DNA of 64,000 nucleotides from Eledone cirrhosa (lineage: Eukaryota): positions 99,324,001-99,388,000 of the forward strand of contig OZ024746.1 of NCBI GenBank assembly GCA_964016885.1, written 5' to 3'. The translations under genes and the position numbers were made by a program. This document shows positions 13,253 through 26,110 of this stretch, in pieces; positions within the stretch are counted from its first letter, which is position 1, and each line of letters opens with the position of its first letter. The notes under the pieces are model-generated. The model saw only the letters and a list, made by a program, of their open reading frames with translations, did not search any database and had not been told where the DNA came from.

Positions 13253-13662
13253 ATGGTGGCTGCCAACTCGTTTTCGAGTACGGCCACTACTTTATATCCA
13301 TGTAGGAGAACCCCTACCGATGCGCTGAACGAGTGTGACTTTTTAGTCCAGCCAGCGACTTGAAAACTCTGGTACAAACACTACACCTGTGACAATTATT
13401 GACATATAGTGCTGGGCCCATGGTACCATGTGACGACAAGTGCAGAGAGATCTCCAGATATAAAGCAATGCCTGTGCCGTGAAGCTTTTATAGTGAGCAA
13501 AGGCACTGCACAAAGCCAGTCCCACTCTCTTAACCAAGATATTTACCAAAAAGAAGAACAAGTCAACATCATTGGATACCATCAGGGTTGCAGGTGTTAT
13601 ATCAGAGTTTTCCTCCTCCTAGAATTCTACCTTGACAAATGCTAAGAGGTCATCTCTCCCGG
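13250..13662 (-). mobile_element. RTE-derived non-autonomous element (SINE-like), 5'-truncated copy
   Basis: Reverse complement of 33697-34120. Its 3' end resembles the RTE 3' ends, with an (ATGT)n tail. Confidence 0.8.
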
Positions 13663-13739
13663 ATATATACATACATACATACATACATACATACGTATAT
13701 ACATACATAAATACATACATACGTATATACATACCTACG

Positions 13740-13825
13740 TACATGATGGCTGCCCCCTCGTTATCGAGTATGGCCATTGCAAGAAAAAATACATTAATAA
13801 TAATAACGACAATAATAATAATAAT

Positions 13826-13868
<43 letters not shown>

Positions 13869-15128
13869 TATATATATACATATCTATACACACATACATA
13901 CACATACACACACATACACACACGCGATAACAATTAAGTGCTGCGATCGAATGTGGCTTTTTAGCCCAGCCAATGATCTAAAATGTCTTGCACAGAGTCG
14001 GTAACCAAAACATTCACTGGGAATAGTCGGCTGTGGTTGGAGTTCGTGTATTTTGCATGTCGCTTGAGCCCTCCTGCTGATTTACATTCTCTACCACATG
14101 TTTGGCAAGCATGATGAGTAGCATCTCCAACAGCAGCCTGGTAGTCAACCACTGGTCTCACTTTATGACTGCCAAGATGACTTTCGAGTCCAGCTGTGCT
14201 TAGGCAGAGTCTCGCACAGACGCTGCATGTCAGCACCATAGGAGGACCCTCGCCGTCTGGAAGTGCAACAGCAATGCCCTTCCTCACATCCCGCTTTACT
14301 TTCTCGAATACGATTCGAGATGCCTCAAAGGCAACTTTCCCCTCATATACAGTCTTTCTCCATTTATTACGATCAGCAGCTACACTTTCCCATGTATCAG
14401 CAGAGATGTTAGCGTCTTTCAAAGAGGCTTTCAAGGAATCCTTATACCTCTTTTTTGGTTTATGTGGCGGTCGTTTTCCTTTAACTAACTCTCCATACAA
14501 GAGTTGTTTTGTTATTCTAGAATCCTTCATCCTGGCAAGGTGACCACTCCAACGGAGTCTTTGCTTAAGCACAAGAGCTTCTATACTGTCACACAGAGAG
14601 CTTTCCAAAATCTCGTTGTTTAAGGTGGTGTCGATGTGTGACTCAGGTCTCGCAAGCATAACGAATAGAAGAGAGCACGCATGCCTTGTACACCTTTACC
14701 TTTGTCTTCTTGCATATGTCTCGCCTACCCCAGAGTCGCCTTTCTAGCTTTCCGATAGCATCACTTGCTTTCCTAATCCTGAGTGGAATTTCATTATCAA
14801 GGTTGGTGTATCGATTGACAGTGCTTCCCAGGTAGACAAACTGATCAACCACTACAAGATCGCAATCATCTGCATACAAGAGGTCTCTTATGCTTGGTGT
14901 AAATACATTTGTTTTTGCAGCAAAGCGCCTGATGTTAAATATGCTGCCTGAGCTTCAAATACCATGCTCGCAATTCCTGAATGCAATATAGAAAACAATT
15001 GCAAAGTATATGGCAAACAGGGTCGGTGCTGGAATATCCCCCTGTTTCACTCCATTTTTCACTGAGATAGTCTCCGACATATTACCTCTGACATTAACCA
15101 AAGCCTTCATGTCGTCATGGAAAGACCT
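13740..15128 (-). mobile_element. RTE-clade LINE remnant (RT C-terminal half plus two C2H2-like fingers), deleted and frameshifted
   Basis: NGVKQGDIPAPTLFAIYF, YADDCDL, FVYLGS, RLRWSGHLARM..KQLLYGEL..G.RP..PKKRYKDSLK, CSVCARLCLSTAGLESH. The 3' end gggggcagccatcatgta is split from the body by a microsatellite. Confidence 0.9.
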
Positions 15129-15902
15129 AACGTACATACATACGTACGTACGAATGTGCATACATACATATGTACATACGTGCATACATACATACACACG
15201 TAGAAACGTGCATACATACATACATACATACATACATACATACATACATACATACATACATACATACATACATACATACATACATACATACATACATACA
15301 TACATACTTCTTCAAATTAGACATTGAGTATATGTGTAGGAGTTAGGAAAATATACATGTATTCATAAGTTTATTTGTGTAATTGAGTTAGTTCTGACAG
15401 TTTTATCTTTTTAATCATATGTGAAAGACTTTAATGGGCAAACTGCTTAGCAGCGATGAGTCTGGCGAGAAGGTGACTTCGGAGAACAAGTGCAAAAGCT
15501 AAAATAAACTCAAGTATAACGTATACAACCGTGTGAGTATGTGTATGTGTATATATATATATTTACATATATATATGCTGCTATATATGTGTGTACAAAC
15601 AAATGTACGCATGTATTTATGCATCAAATAAAAAGAAAAATAGATGTAAAGGAAGCAGAACGAATAGAAAGAAGAAATGAGAGGAATAACGACAAATACA
15701 TAAATAAGTTAACAAATATATAGAGTGAAGGAAAGCAACAACTAGAAGTAAAATATATGAAATATTAGAAAGGAGATAAGGTATTACGTCATGGCTGAAA
15801 AAAAACTTCAAAAGTGTTAATAAGGAAACAAGACAAGAATGATGAAGAGAAGCTGATTATATCTCGGTATGTCTTCCAGTGAGACATTTCAACAAACTTA
15901 AT

Positions 15903-16092
15903 AACTTTCTATTTTTGGCACAAGGCCAGCTATTACCTCAGTGCATTACTGGTACTTTATTTTATCAACCCTCGTAAGAATGAAAGGCAAAGTTAACCTC
16001 GGCAGGATTTGAACTCCGACCGTAAAGGGACGTAACTCTATGCTGCAAAGCATGGCGCCCGACTCTCTACTGATACTGCCAATCCACCGCCC
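15903..16092 (-). mobile_element. tRNA-derived SINE
   Basis: Same family as 6257-6440. Flanked by the direct repeat aacaaacttaataac, a target-site duplication. Confidence 0.88.
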
Positions 16093-16148
16093 AACAAACT
16101 TAATAACGGAACGAAATCATAAACATACTTGAAATCTCTAACTTTATT

Positions 16149-16590
16149 ATAGAATTAGCATTTACCTTCAGGTATAGCTGTATACATATATGTATAGAAA
16201 TTTCGTATTTCTAAGAAAACACGGTATGTTTACAGGTAAACATTTAGAAAGCTATGCAAAAAGCACCGGCGTTAACGCCCTCTACTGGTGTCCAGCAGAA
16301 GCAAGGGGGACAATCGTCGATGCATTTCGGACTTAACTGGTCCTCATCAGGATAATCCCTTCCCCTCTTGCTACTGTTGGACTTGAAAACAGTCGAGAAT
16401 ATATAGTTTTCTCGTCTGTGTAAATGAGGTGATTAATCTCATTTGCATATGAAGCTGCATAAGTTGGCTCAACTTAGAATAGAATAGAATTAGGATTTAG
16501 CTTCAGGCATAGCTGTATACAATATGTATAGAAATTTCGTATTTCTAAGGAAACGCTGTATGTTTAGAAGTAAACATTTAGAAAGCCGTA
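16149..16590 (-). mobile_element. Retrozyme-like element, about 1.3 units of a 335-bp monomer
   Basis: A direct repeat of about 105 bp at 16149 and 16484 flanks an HHR and is similar to the 311-bp unit. Confidence 0.75.
16300..16372 (-). ncRNA. Type I HHR
   Basis: Minus strand: agcaagaggggaagggattatc-CTGATGA-GGAC-CAGTTAA-GTCC-GAAA-TGC-ATC-gacgattgtccccttgct. Helix III palindrome ATGCAT. Confidence 0.85.
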
Positions 16591-16759
16591 ACTATGCAAA
16601 TTTATCGCTGTGAGTAAAGGAATTACTTGTGTCTTTATTAACACTGTTTCCGCTTGGCTCTTTATATTTCCGTTATATTTCCGGAATTTTCCTGCCTTAG
16701 GTTTCCGTTATATTCCATTATATTCCGTTAATATATTCATATAAATGTCGTTGCCAATC

Positions 16760-17560
16760 CACCATAGACTCTTTCCGCCCTCACCCACTCTCCTGTTGCT
16801 ACAGTGCTGGCCGTCTTCCACGCCATGCTGCTCTTAATGATGTCATAAAGCAAGGCTTGGGTGTTGCAGGCGTCCCCTCCCAACTCGAGCCAGCGAGGCT
16901 TGACTGATGGAACGGCAAAAGGCCAGACGGCATGACCATCTCCTCGTTTCGCGTTGGTAAAACCCTCATTTGGGATGCCACATGCAGCGACACATTCTCC
17001 TGTGTTAACCTGGTGCAGTCTGAGACTAACCCAGGCTCTGCTGCACTTCAGGACGAGAAGGGTAAACTCACCTAGTATCGGTCGCGCTCCAACAGGTTTG
17101 CAGTCGAGCCTGTAGCAGTGGAGACTTCTGGTGTCCTTGGCCCTAGGACCACCTCCCTACTTACCACCATCAGCACCCCGTAGCAGTAGAGACTTCTGGT
17201 GTACATTGGCCCTAGGACCACCTCCCTACTTACCACCATCAGCACCCCGTAGCAGTAGAGACTTCTGGTGTCCTTGGCCCTAGGACCACCTCCCTACTTA
17301 CCACCTCAGCACCCCATAACAGTGGAGACTTCTGGTGTCCTTGGCCCTAGGACACCTCCCTACTTACCACCATCACCACCCGGTAGCAGTAGAAACTTCT
17401 GGTTTCCTTGGCCCTAGGCCACCTCCCTACTCACCACCATCGGCACGAAGGTGGCTACCCACACGTGAGAGCCTCGCGAGCTGGAATGGCTCTTCCAACG
17501 CATCTCCCTCACCATCCTCCGGAGAAACGGGGCCCCATTTTCTTATAGTAGTGAGAGATG
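16760..17560 (+). mobile_element. CRE-type LINE 3' remnant with a 68-bp internal tandem repeat (about 5 units, 17112-17445)
   Basis: GRLPRHAALNDVIKQGLGVAGVPSQLEP..GKRPDGMT..GKTLIWDATCSDT, with in-frame stops. Confidence 0.85.
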
Positions 17561-18136
17561 GGGAGAGCAGGAGAGATGGAGGCAGTGAGTGAAAGTGAGA
17601 GATGGAGAGAGCAGGAGAGATGGAGGCAGTGAGTGAAAGAGAGAGATGGGGAGAGTGAGAGAGATGGAGGCAGTGACAGTGGGAGTCTGGTTATATTATG
17701 TTCAGACCTGGTGTATATGTATATATTTATTTTTCGTTATGTTCTCTTGTATTCCTTGGTCGGAAAACATAATGCCTTTCTGAGAGGGGCATCTCCCCAC
17801 TCCCACCATCTTCATAGTTATTGTTCTTCAATATCTGTGTTTATTATCAACCTTAGTTGCCCAAAGGCAATGATTAACTGCTCCCCAACCCTTCTCCCCC
17901 TCCCCTCTCATTCTCTCTGACCTCTCTACATTCTTTCACACTCCCCCCCCCCCCCCACCATTCATAACATGCCATGCCTTTGACTGTCCTCTATAGAAGC
18001 CCCCTCCCCGGCCATCACTCAGCACAGTATAGCAACATTGGCATTAAAAGTTGTTAATGGGAAACTAAAGTCAACGTCCTTCACTTTGAACTCATAAAAA
18101 TAATACATGAATATATTTAATTGCACAATTATACAG

Positions 18137-18244
<108 letters not shown>

Positions 18245-18344
18245 CCAAAGATAACCTAAGATTAGAGTGGTTCGTTGATTACTCAACGAATACAATTTTA
18301 CAATAGGTTAGAAGCACTCAACAATTGGTTTTCCTGGAGTTTTT

Positions 18345-18590
18345 AATATTATTCAAAATATTAACAAATGAAGAATATTCTCATAATCAAAATATATACT
18401 TTATTATACATATTTCAAAGGTACTATGGTGTTTAAGTACGTTTTCATCAGACCGTAGTGGTATGTCACATCATATATTTTGTTTGATGAAAACGTACTT
18501 AAACACCACAGTACCTTTGAAATATGTATAATAAAGTATATATTTTGATTATGAGAATATTCTTCATTTGTTAACATTTTGAATAATATA
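18345..18590. repeat. Inverted repeat carrying an HHR in each arm (minus-strand core 18445-18451 intact, plus-strand arm mutated to TTGATGA)
   Basis: CTGATGA-AAACGTACT-loop-AGTACCTTT-GAAA-TATG-TA. Same family as 9085, 30391 and 50500. Confidence 0.75.
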
Positions 18591-18858
18591 CATATATATA
18601 TATATATATATATAAAACAAACATAAATTATCGAGATTCGCATTTCGGCCCACGAAAAGACGAAAAACAACCTCCGAGATGTGCTCAATGATTCAGATGA
18701 ACCAGAGCTATAACAAACGTTAAAGGCCAAACACACTGAGACGATGGTTAAACAATCATTCGCATAGCAAAAAAAAACGATCAAGTAATTCGGGTATTGA
18801 AAATTTACCCGGACCCCTGGAATAAATAGATTGAACAAGGAAGCCACTTTCTCAACAG

Positions 18859-18899
<41 letters not shown>

Positions 18900-18909
<10 letters not shown>

Positions 18910-19198
18910 GTAATTTTGGTATGTTTATATACATTTCTTCTTCTAACTTTGATTTTATACCTAATTGTGTATAGTTGACGATATATTTAATCGATTCCCA
19001 CGTGCTATTGGAAATGCTGGGTAAATATTCTATGGCTGTTGATCGCGAATAGATAGCTGTCGTTTATTTATCTATTATTTCTTCATAGGTGTCTTAATCT
19101 TATAGCCTGGTTTAATTGTTTTTTTGTGTGGTTGATTATGCTGATTGGGAGAGGAAATGGTGTATATATTTTATCAAATGATTCTATGGACTTACTTT

Positions 19199-19200
<2 letters not shown>
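18900..19200. repeat. Dispersed repeat, second copy at 62800-63095
   Basis: Collinear similarity from taattttggtatgtttat to tggacttacttt, both copies ending at (TA)n. Confidence 0.8.
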
Positions 19201-19274
<74 letters not shown>

Positions 19275-19281
<7 letters not shown>

Positions 19282-19450
19282 GTGAGTTTTTTTTTACAAA
19301 ATGAAAAATAACCGAGGTGTCCTACACGAGTGAAAGTATAAAGAAAAAAAGATGAAAACGAAAATGTAACTGGAGTCTTATTTAAAAAAAATTATATATA
19401 TATTAATTTGGTTCCTTTACCGGTTTCGCAGTTCTTCTGCTTTTCAAAAC
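19275..19450. repeat. Dispersed repeat with a degenerate HHR, second copy at 32419-32660 (palindromic there)
   Basis: ttagaaagtga.tttttttacaaaatgaaaaataaccgagg. Minus strand reads TTGAAAA-GCAG-AAGAA-CTGC-GAAA-CCGG-TA. Confidence 0.7.
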
Positions 19451-19711
19451 TAGAGTTGAGATGGAGGGTCTGTGGTTTTTCTCACATATATATATGGGAT
19501 AACAAGTTATTGTTATAGGTAATCCAGTGAGAGGTTGTGAGTACTCTGCGTCGTGGATAGTTTTAACGTACGGCTTTGTTTGACTCAACAAGAGGTTTCC
19601 ATAGTTAGGCAGCGAGTTCGCGAGAATTCCTATGCAGGTTATTCTTGGAGTAATAATAGTGAAAGATTGAAGAATAACATGGTCGGCTGTACAAAAAGGG
19701 TTTTATTTCAG

Positions 19712-19822
19712 GTATTAACAATTGTTTCATTGATCAGGTGAGTCTAAAGGCCGCTAATTACTCGAAGTTGTGTCACTCGACCTTAAATACAGTGTTTACC
19801 TCTGATCAAATCATCGGAATAC
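19712..19822 (-). ncRNA. Variant HHR (CCGATGA core, long helix II) in the inverted arm
   Basis: Mirror image of 21900-22008. Confidence 0.6.
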
Positions 19823-21899
19823 TAGAGTTTTTACATATGGCATTGGTATATATAGATACAACGGAGAATCAAAACAATAACATCAATAATAAAAGATAAT
19901 GATAAAGAGGTAAAGAAGTGAAGAAGGTACAGATGTAAAACATAAGTAAAAAAATAATAAGTACAGAATGCGATTGCTGATAATAGTGGTGGTGGTTAGT
20001 AAGTGTATGTATAAAGATAATACTAACATGAAAAGCAACATCAAATATATACATATATACGTGGTGGTCAAATCTCAGAGGGTTAGAAAATAAAAATAGT
20101 AACAAATGACAGATAAAAGATAAAAAATAATAAATGAAAAAATAAGTGATAGGGGAAGAGATACGAGGATGAGACATAAGGGGTAGGGTTAAGGATGGAG
20201 AAGGAGTAGATAGGAGATTTTAACGAACACGCAAACTACTATAACCTAGCTTTACATAAGGCAGGCCATAAGGAGGGGCTCAAATACATACCAGATAGAG
20301 ACAACAACAACAAACCTAACGACATCTACACCACCCATCCCTATAAAAATAACAAAAACATAGAACTAAACATAGAAATAGACAACGAGCATAAGAAATA
20401 ACCGAACTGAACAGTAATGTAGGGACCCCTAGGAACTATAGAAAACCCAGAGATAGGAAATACTTATGGTTCAATCCAATAATCAACTCCTCTATAAAAA
20501 TCAAACTACCTTCTACATTCTTTAAGCTAATTGACAAACACTTCCCTAAACTACACAAATATTATAGAATCTTTAACAGAAAAACTATCAAACTCTCTTA
20601 TTCTACTGCAGCCAACATAGAATCACACATACATAAAATCAACTACAAAGGAATCTCTAAAGAAAATAACCTACCAACATACACCATAGCACCAAATACA
20701 AAACGCAAACACATAACAACATCACAACCACACACACATCAGGGCGCATCACAACAAAACATTAATAAGCCTAAATCTCAGCCCATACATAACAACATAC
20801 AAAACCGCAACGGAGAACCTGCACACAGGAAGGCCTCCACCTGCCGGATAAGTGCCCACTACAAAATAGATGCCTGGAATCAAGTATGGTGTACCTGTGT
20901 ACTATACATTCAGGCAACTTAACATGGTGCTACATAGGTTCCAGGGCTGGGGAATTAAAAAAAAGAAAGATAGTACGTTCACAGACACTCTATGAAGAAC
21001 CGTAGACTAGAGAACTCAACAACGCTGGCCAATAAAATCTGGCAGCTTAAGGACACAAACAGAGAATATGGGATTAGTTGGTTGAAATTATCGGGAGCAA
21101 GGGCCTACAACAACGGAATGTCCCACTGCGGACTTTGCAATATGGAGCTGTTCCATCTTTTAAAGTATGATAAGGTGCTGCTTATCAGCAAAATAGAACG
21201 ATCAATTTTCTGTAGGCACAAAGCAGCTACCAAATTCGCAAATTTCAAACCAGCATGATTCGATCCAGCAATCCCAAAATTCGAACTGAACCACCCGGAT
21301 TTTAATATACTAACTACTTACCTCCCCACTGTTATTAGCTGTCAACTGACCGACTGGTCACTAGATCAACATCATAAATCTCCTAACCTTTCTTTCACTC
21401 TCTCTCTAAAGCCACATCACCCCCATTAAGATAAGGCAATCAGCATGCGAGATATTTACCACACACACACATATATCAAGTCTCTCCATCTCAATTCTTA
21501 TTCTCTATCTACTCCTTCCCCATCCTTAACCCTACCCCTTATGTCTCATCCTCGTATCTCTTCCCCTATCACTTAATTTTTAATTTATTATTTTTTATCT
21601 TTTATCTGTCATTTGTTACTATTTTTATTTTCTAACCCTCTGAGATTTGACCACCACGTATATATGTATGTATTTGATGTTTTCATGTTAGTATTATCTT
21701 TACACATACACTTACTAACCACCACCACTATTATCAGCAATCGCATTCTGTACTTATTATTTTTTTAACTTATTTTTTACATCTGTACCTTCTTCACTCT
21801 AACTCCTTTACCTCTTTATCATTATCTTTTATTATTGATGTTATTGTTTTGATTCTCCGTTGTATCTCTATATACCAATGCCTATATGTAAAAACTCTA

Positions 21900-22008
21900 G
21901 TATTCCGATGATTTGATCACTGTATTTAAGGTCGAGTGACACAACTTCGAGTGATTAGCGTCCTTTAAACCTTTAGACTCACCTGATCAATGAAACAATT
22001 GTTAATAC
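21900..22008 (+). ncRNA. Variant type I HHR (CCGATGA core, helix II domain of about 80 nt)
   Basis: GTATT-CCGATGA-TTTGATCA...TGATCAAT-GAAAC-AATT-GTT-AATAC. Helix I GTATT/AATAC is perfect. Confidence 0.65.
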
Positions 22009-22081
22009 CTGAAATAAAACCCTTTTTCTACAGCCGACCATGTTATTCTTCAATCTTTCACTATATATATATATATATATA

Positions 22082-22980
22082 CAGGTACTCATCGTTTAAC
22101 GAACGGGTTACGTTCCAATGACCCGTTCGTTAAGCGAAATGATCGTTAAACGAGTGACTTTCTGCCAACATTGGACATATAGGCCTGTACAGTATATATT
22201 CTTGATATTGTTTCTTTATTTCGATTAATAGTTTTTAACTTAAAATCATAAACACAGAACTATAGCTTTTCTTTATAAAGTATATTAAAGCCTTACTTTT
22301 TGTTTTAGCTGTGGATTTCAAGGTTTTCAAAGCTAGGCTAGGCTACCTTATTGGCACCGAATAGCTTCTCTCTTTAACACTCGGCAATATATTTTTCATG
22401 TTATCTTTTTATTTTCTCTCTTCTATGATAAGCTATTTTCACAATACATATCATATTATAGTACTACAGATATTTGGTATGTATGTGGGGTTGGAGTCGG
22501 AGTTTTCACCAGAAAGCTCAGCATAGATGACTGTTTTGTTTGCTTTTTTTCTCATCATAAATTTCACGATAGCAACGTAGTCCATCTTCCAAATGTCTTT
22601 GAAATTTTGCCAAGCGTTCAATGTTAGGATCCATTGCCTCCAATCCTGACATCGCCTTACTCATATGCGTGAATACTTCCGCCAAGCCCTTAACAGTGAA
22701 CTTTTTCTGTTCCTCATCTGGTTATTCTGGTGCTTCTTCCAACTCTTCTCTATGTCGCTGCTCTTCCAACTCTATTACATCTTCCTCCGTCAACTCTCCT
22801 TCAAAAAAGTTCACTAAATTTTCGACATCTTGCATATCCACTTCCAACCGCAACTTTTGAGCAAGACCAACAATTTTATTACTTATCACTTCAAAATCTG
22901 AATTGTTATCAAAACCTTCAAAATTATTAACAAACCTTTTCAAGCACTTTTTCCATACACCTTTCATACATTTTACACTT
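22082..22980 (-). mobile_element. Tigger/pogo DNA transposon 3' part (transposase C-terminus and TIR)
   Basis: MKGVWKKC..FEGFD..EVDMQDVENLV..ELTEEDVIELE..FTVKGLAE..MDPNIER..CYREIYDEKK. TIR TA|CAGGTACTCATCGTTTAACG. Confidence 0.88.
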
Positions 22981-23380
22981 GGTTCGATCTCATCTGTCGG
23001 ACAGGACTTGGTAATGGACTGAGTTCAGACTAAACTGGTGGTGAATTGACAGACTCCATAGAAAGGTGATCAGAATTATTCATGGTGCTTCTTCTAGGCT
23101 TCTGCGTTCTCTGTTTAAATCCCACAAAAGACAATGTTGCCTTTCATCCTTTCGAGATCGACATATAAACTACCAGCCCAGTACAATGGTTGATTCTTCC
23201 TCGATATCCCCAACTCTCTCCTTCTCTTCTGGAAATAGACTGTGTTAAGATCTGCCGGGTTTAAATTCTCATATCACCACAGTGTCTCTACAAACCCCTT
23301 AGAAGGGAAGGACCCATAGAACATGACATATTACAGTCTAAGCCATTAAAAATAATAGAAAAAAATGTGGAAAGGAAGTA

Positions 23381-23742
23381 CTGTGTATCCCCGGCATTCG
23401 TGGTTTCGGTAATTCGCGGAATTTTCCTTTGAACCTAACTAATAATTGTTCGTGGAAACCACCGCATTTTCGCGGAATCGTAAATATCTTCCGCGATTTA
23501 TTTTATGGATTTTTTCGTGGCAATATATATATATTTTAAAGCTAAATTAATAACAATATCCTGTATCTGCTAGGCCTATTGGGTGCTCCTTCGCATAAGA
23601 CGCTCCCTCTTTTTATTATTATATTTTACGTTATATTTTGACGTTTATAGGCATTTTTATGGACCACGTCCAATATTCGCGGTTTTTCATTCTTCGCACG
23701 TGCTCTACGAACGTAACCCCCGCGAATAGCGAAGGACAACTG
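23381..23742. mobile_element. Tigger-type MITE
   Basis: Imperfect TIRs ctgtgtatccccggcattcg / cgaatagcgaaggacaactg, flanked by TA. Confidence 0.7.
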
Positions 23743-24157
23743 TATTAATAATAATACGTTTTAAGAAAATTACCCAGGATAGTTTTGTTAATCAGAAAAA
23801 GAAAGTTACGATTGTGAATGTGGTTGGTCTAAAAGTTGAGAATATAGTAATGAAACATTTAGTGAACAATCCTATGTGGCTATGATAAATTGATGAAAGA
23901 TTAGAATAGCTTTCAGCGATATGTCATGGTTGACAAAGGATTTCTATAACACAAGACGGCAAAGAATTTCCTAAAATTCTAAATTCGAAAATAGTTTGTT
24001 TCTTTTTTATTCCTATTCGTTGTTATTTTTGCAGTAAATTTTTATTTTTAGTTGTTGATGTACGAGAAATTTAATTTACACCTGCCATCATTAGTAGCTG
24101 TCCCGTGAGAAAAAAGTGACGCAGTTAGTTATATTGTTTTTTTCACACATGCCCATG

Positions 24158-24360
24158 AGTGGAGAATTCTGGTGTCCTTGGCCCTAGGACCACCTCCCTA
24201 CTCACCACCATCAGCACCCCGTAGCAGTGGAGACTTCTGGTGTCCTTGGCCCTAGGACCACCTCCCTACTCACCACCATCAACACCCTATAGCAGTGGAG
24301 ACTTCTGGTGTCCTTGGCCCTAGGGCTACCTCCCTACTCACCACCATAAGCGCTATGGTG
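24158..24360 (+). repeat. Three 68-bp tandem units of the CRE-derived segment
   Basis: gtagcagtggagacttctggtgtccttggccctaggaccacctccctactcaccaccatc repeated. Confidence 0.9.
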
Positions 24361-24555
24361 ATCTCTCTCTATAATTCTTAGTCTTTCTTTTTAGATAGAT
24401 ACATAGATATAACGTTGCGCCCTTATAATATCTGTCTGTATGTCTGGCTGTCTGCATTACGACATTATGACGCTATATGTGTGTGTGTATATATATATAT
24501 AAATCAAGAAAGAAGAGTGACATGGTTTGCTATACAATAAGGGCTTTATTCACAT

Positions 24556-24662
24556 AGCTGACAATTGTTTCTCTGAACTGGTAGGTCTAGAGATCGCTAC
24601 CCGCCTGCTTTTGCGTCAATCGATCATCAATACTTTGTTATAACCAGTCAGTTCATCAGAAC
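24556..24662 (-). ncRNA. Type I HHR with long helix II, in a Penelope terminal repeat
   Basis: Minus strand: CTGATGA-ACTGACTGGT...ACCAGTTCAGA-GAAAC-AATT-GTC-AGC. Confidence 0.65.
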
Positions 24663-25012
24663 GTGCGAGAATGAAGGGATTACACAGGCATTGCTTCTAT
24701 ATATAGTAGTGGCATTAAATCAGAACAATACTAACAATACTAACAATACTAGCAATACTACAATAAATTAGCTAGACCGTAAATATTTAAAATAATCACA
24801 TCTATCTAAGTAAGACATAGAGTATACTGATGACTTTAGCATGTAAAACGAGCTGATACGAAGCAGATGTATGAAATTGACATGTAAAAGCTGTCACGGG
24901 GTGTATTATATATAGTGTAGAGATAACCTGGGGCTTGAAACAATGGACCATTTACTTTACTGTAGGTTTGCTGACCATAAGAATTATTTATTATTTGACA
25001 GATAAAGTATTT

Positions 25013-26110
25013 TCATTGTAGTGAGGATGGTAATTTTATGTGGTGTAAAGCGGATTTATTATTTAAGTGTGGGCTAATATATGTGAGTATTTCACCTGGT
25101 TTATGGTAAGGGTAATATAGGTTATTGTTAAGATCCAGGGTGACGTCAAGGAAGTTTACTACTTTAGAGTTCGGCTCGATGGTGATAGAGAGACCGTTAT
25201 TTTTAAAGAATTTATGTAATTGTTTTTTGAGCAAATCAATGCCCCGATTAGTGCAATTGTGGACTGCAAATAGGGTGTCGTCCCTGTATATTCCGCCTTG
25301 CAAAGGTTGGATTTCGGCTCTGATGTTATGTAATAGGTAAATTCCAACTAAATCGGTGATTTGCGCAGAGTCACTTGAGCCCATCGTGATGTCAAAGTTG
25401 TCTGTTCTGTCTTTTCTAGTCCAGAGTGCTCCGTTGAATTCAATGATGCTCTGCCTAGCCATAAGTATGATGTCAATATCATTATTGGTTATGTCCGAGT
25501 TGGTGCTGGCTAGGGTTAATGCTTTGTTGAGCAGTTCCCGGGTTATTGAAGCGTAATAGCTGTCAATGTCAAATTGGATGAACCTCATAGATTGCTTGGA
25601 CCTTAGATCGGAGAACCATCTAATGACTTGGCCGGTGTTGGACCACAACTTGTAGGTGATATCGTCCCGTATCAAGGATGTTCTTACTGATACGACCCAG
25701 GTCGAATGTGGTTGGGCTTATAAGTCTAATAGATGGGTTCTCTATAAAGTTTGGCTTATGATCCTTGAGAGAAAACCTTGTGGTTGTATGTACATAAGGG
25801 TGGGTAAATCTATCCAGATGCAAGTCCTTAACCAAAGCCTGGGCTTTTCGGTTAAGTACGTTTACACTGGAGGGTATAGTTTTTTTATAGTTTTTATTAA
25901 GTTCCTTAAGAAGGAAAGAGTTGTAAGTTTCAGGAGTCATGGTGTATAGATTTTTAGTTTTGTCAGACATAACATGTAAGAGGTGGCTATCTTTAAATTT
26001 TTTAATAGTTGTTGCTAATTTTGTGAGGAAATTATTCTTGTGTCTATAATGCTTTTTGAATTTAATGCTCCTGACGAAGTTGAATAGATCTTTCTCAAAA
26101 GGGTCAGCAG
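25013..26110 (-). mobile_element. Penelope-like reverse transcriptase remnant (frameshift or deletion near 25660)
   Basis: SDKTKNLY, LKDHKPNF..IRLISP, FDIDSYYASI, MGSSDSAQITDLVG, YRDD, VNFLDVTLDL..PYHKP. Same strand as the downstream HHR at 24556. Confidence 0.9.

Larger units (their letters stand above)
19655..22062 (+). mobile_element. 5'-truncated Penelope-like element with inverted terminal repeat (19655-20215 inverted versus 21500-22062)
   Basis: Degenerate WFNP..FFKLIDKHFP..YYRIFNRKTIKLSYS and GIY-YIG tail STTLANKIWQLKD..GISW..AYNNGMSHCGLCNME. Arms of about 550 bp each contain an HHR. Confidence 0.88.

Noticed and set aside
24828-24860. CTGATGA motifs at 24828 and 55410
   Set aside because: No helix II with a downstream GAAA and UH in register.
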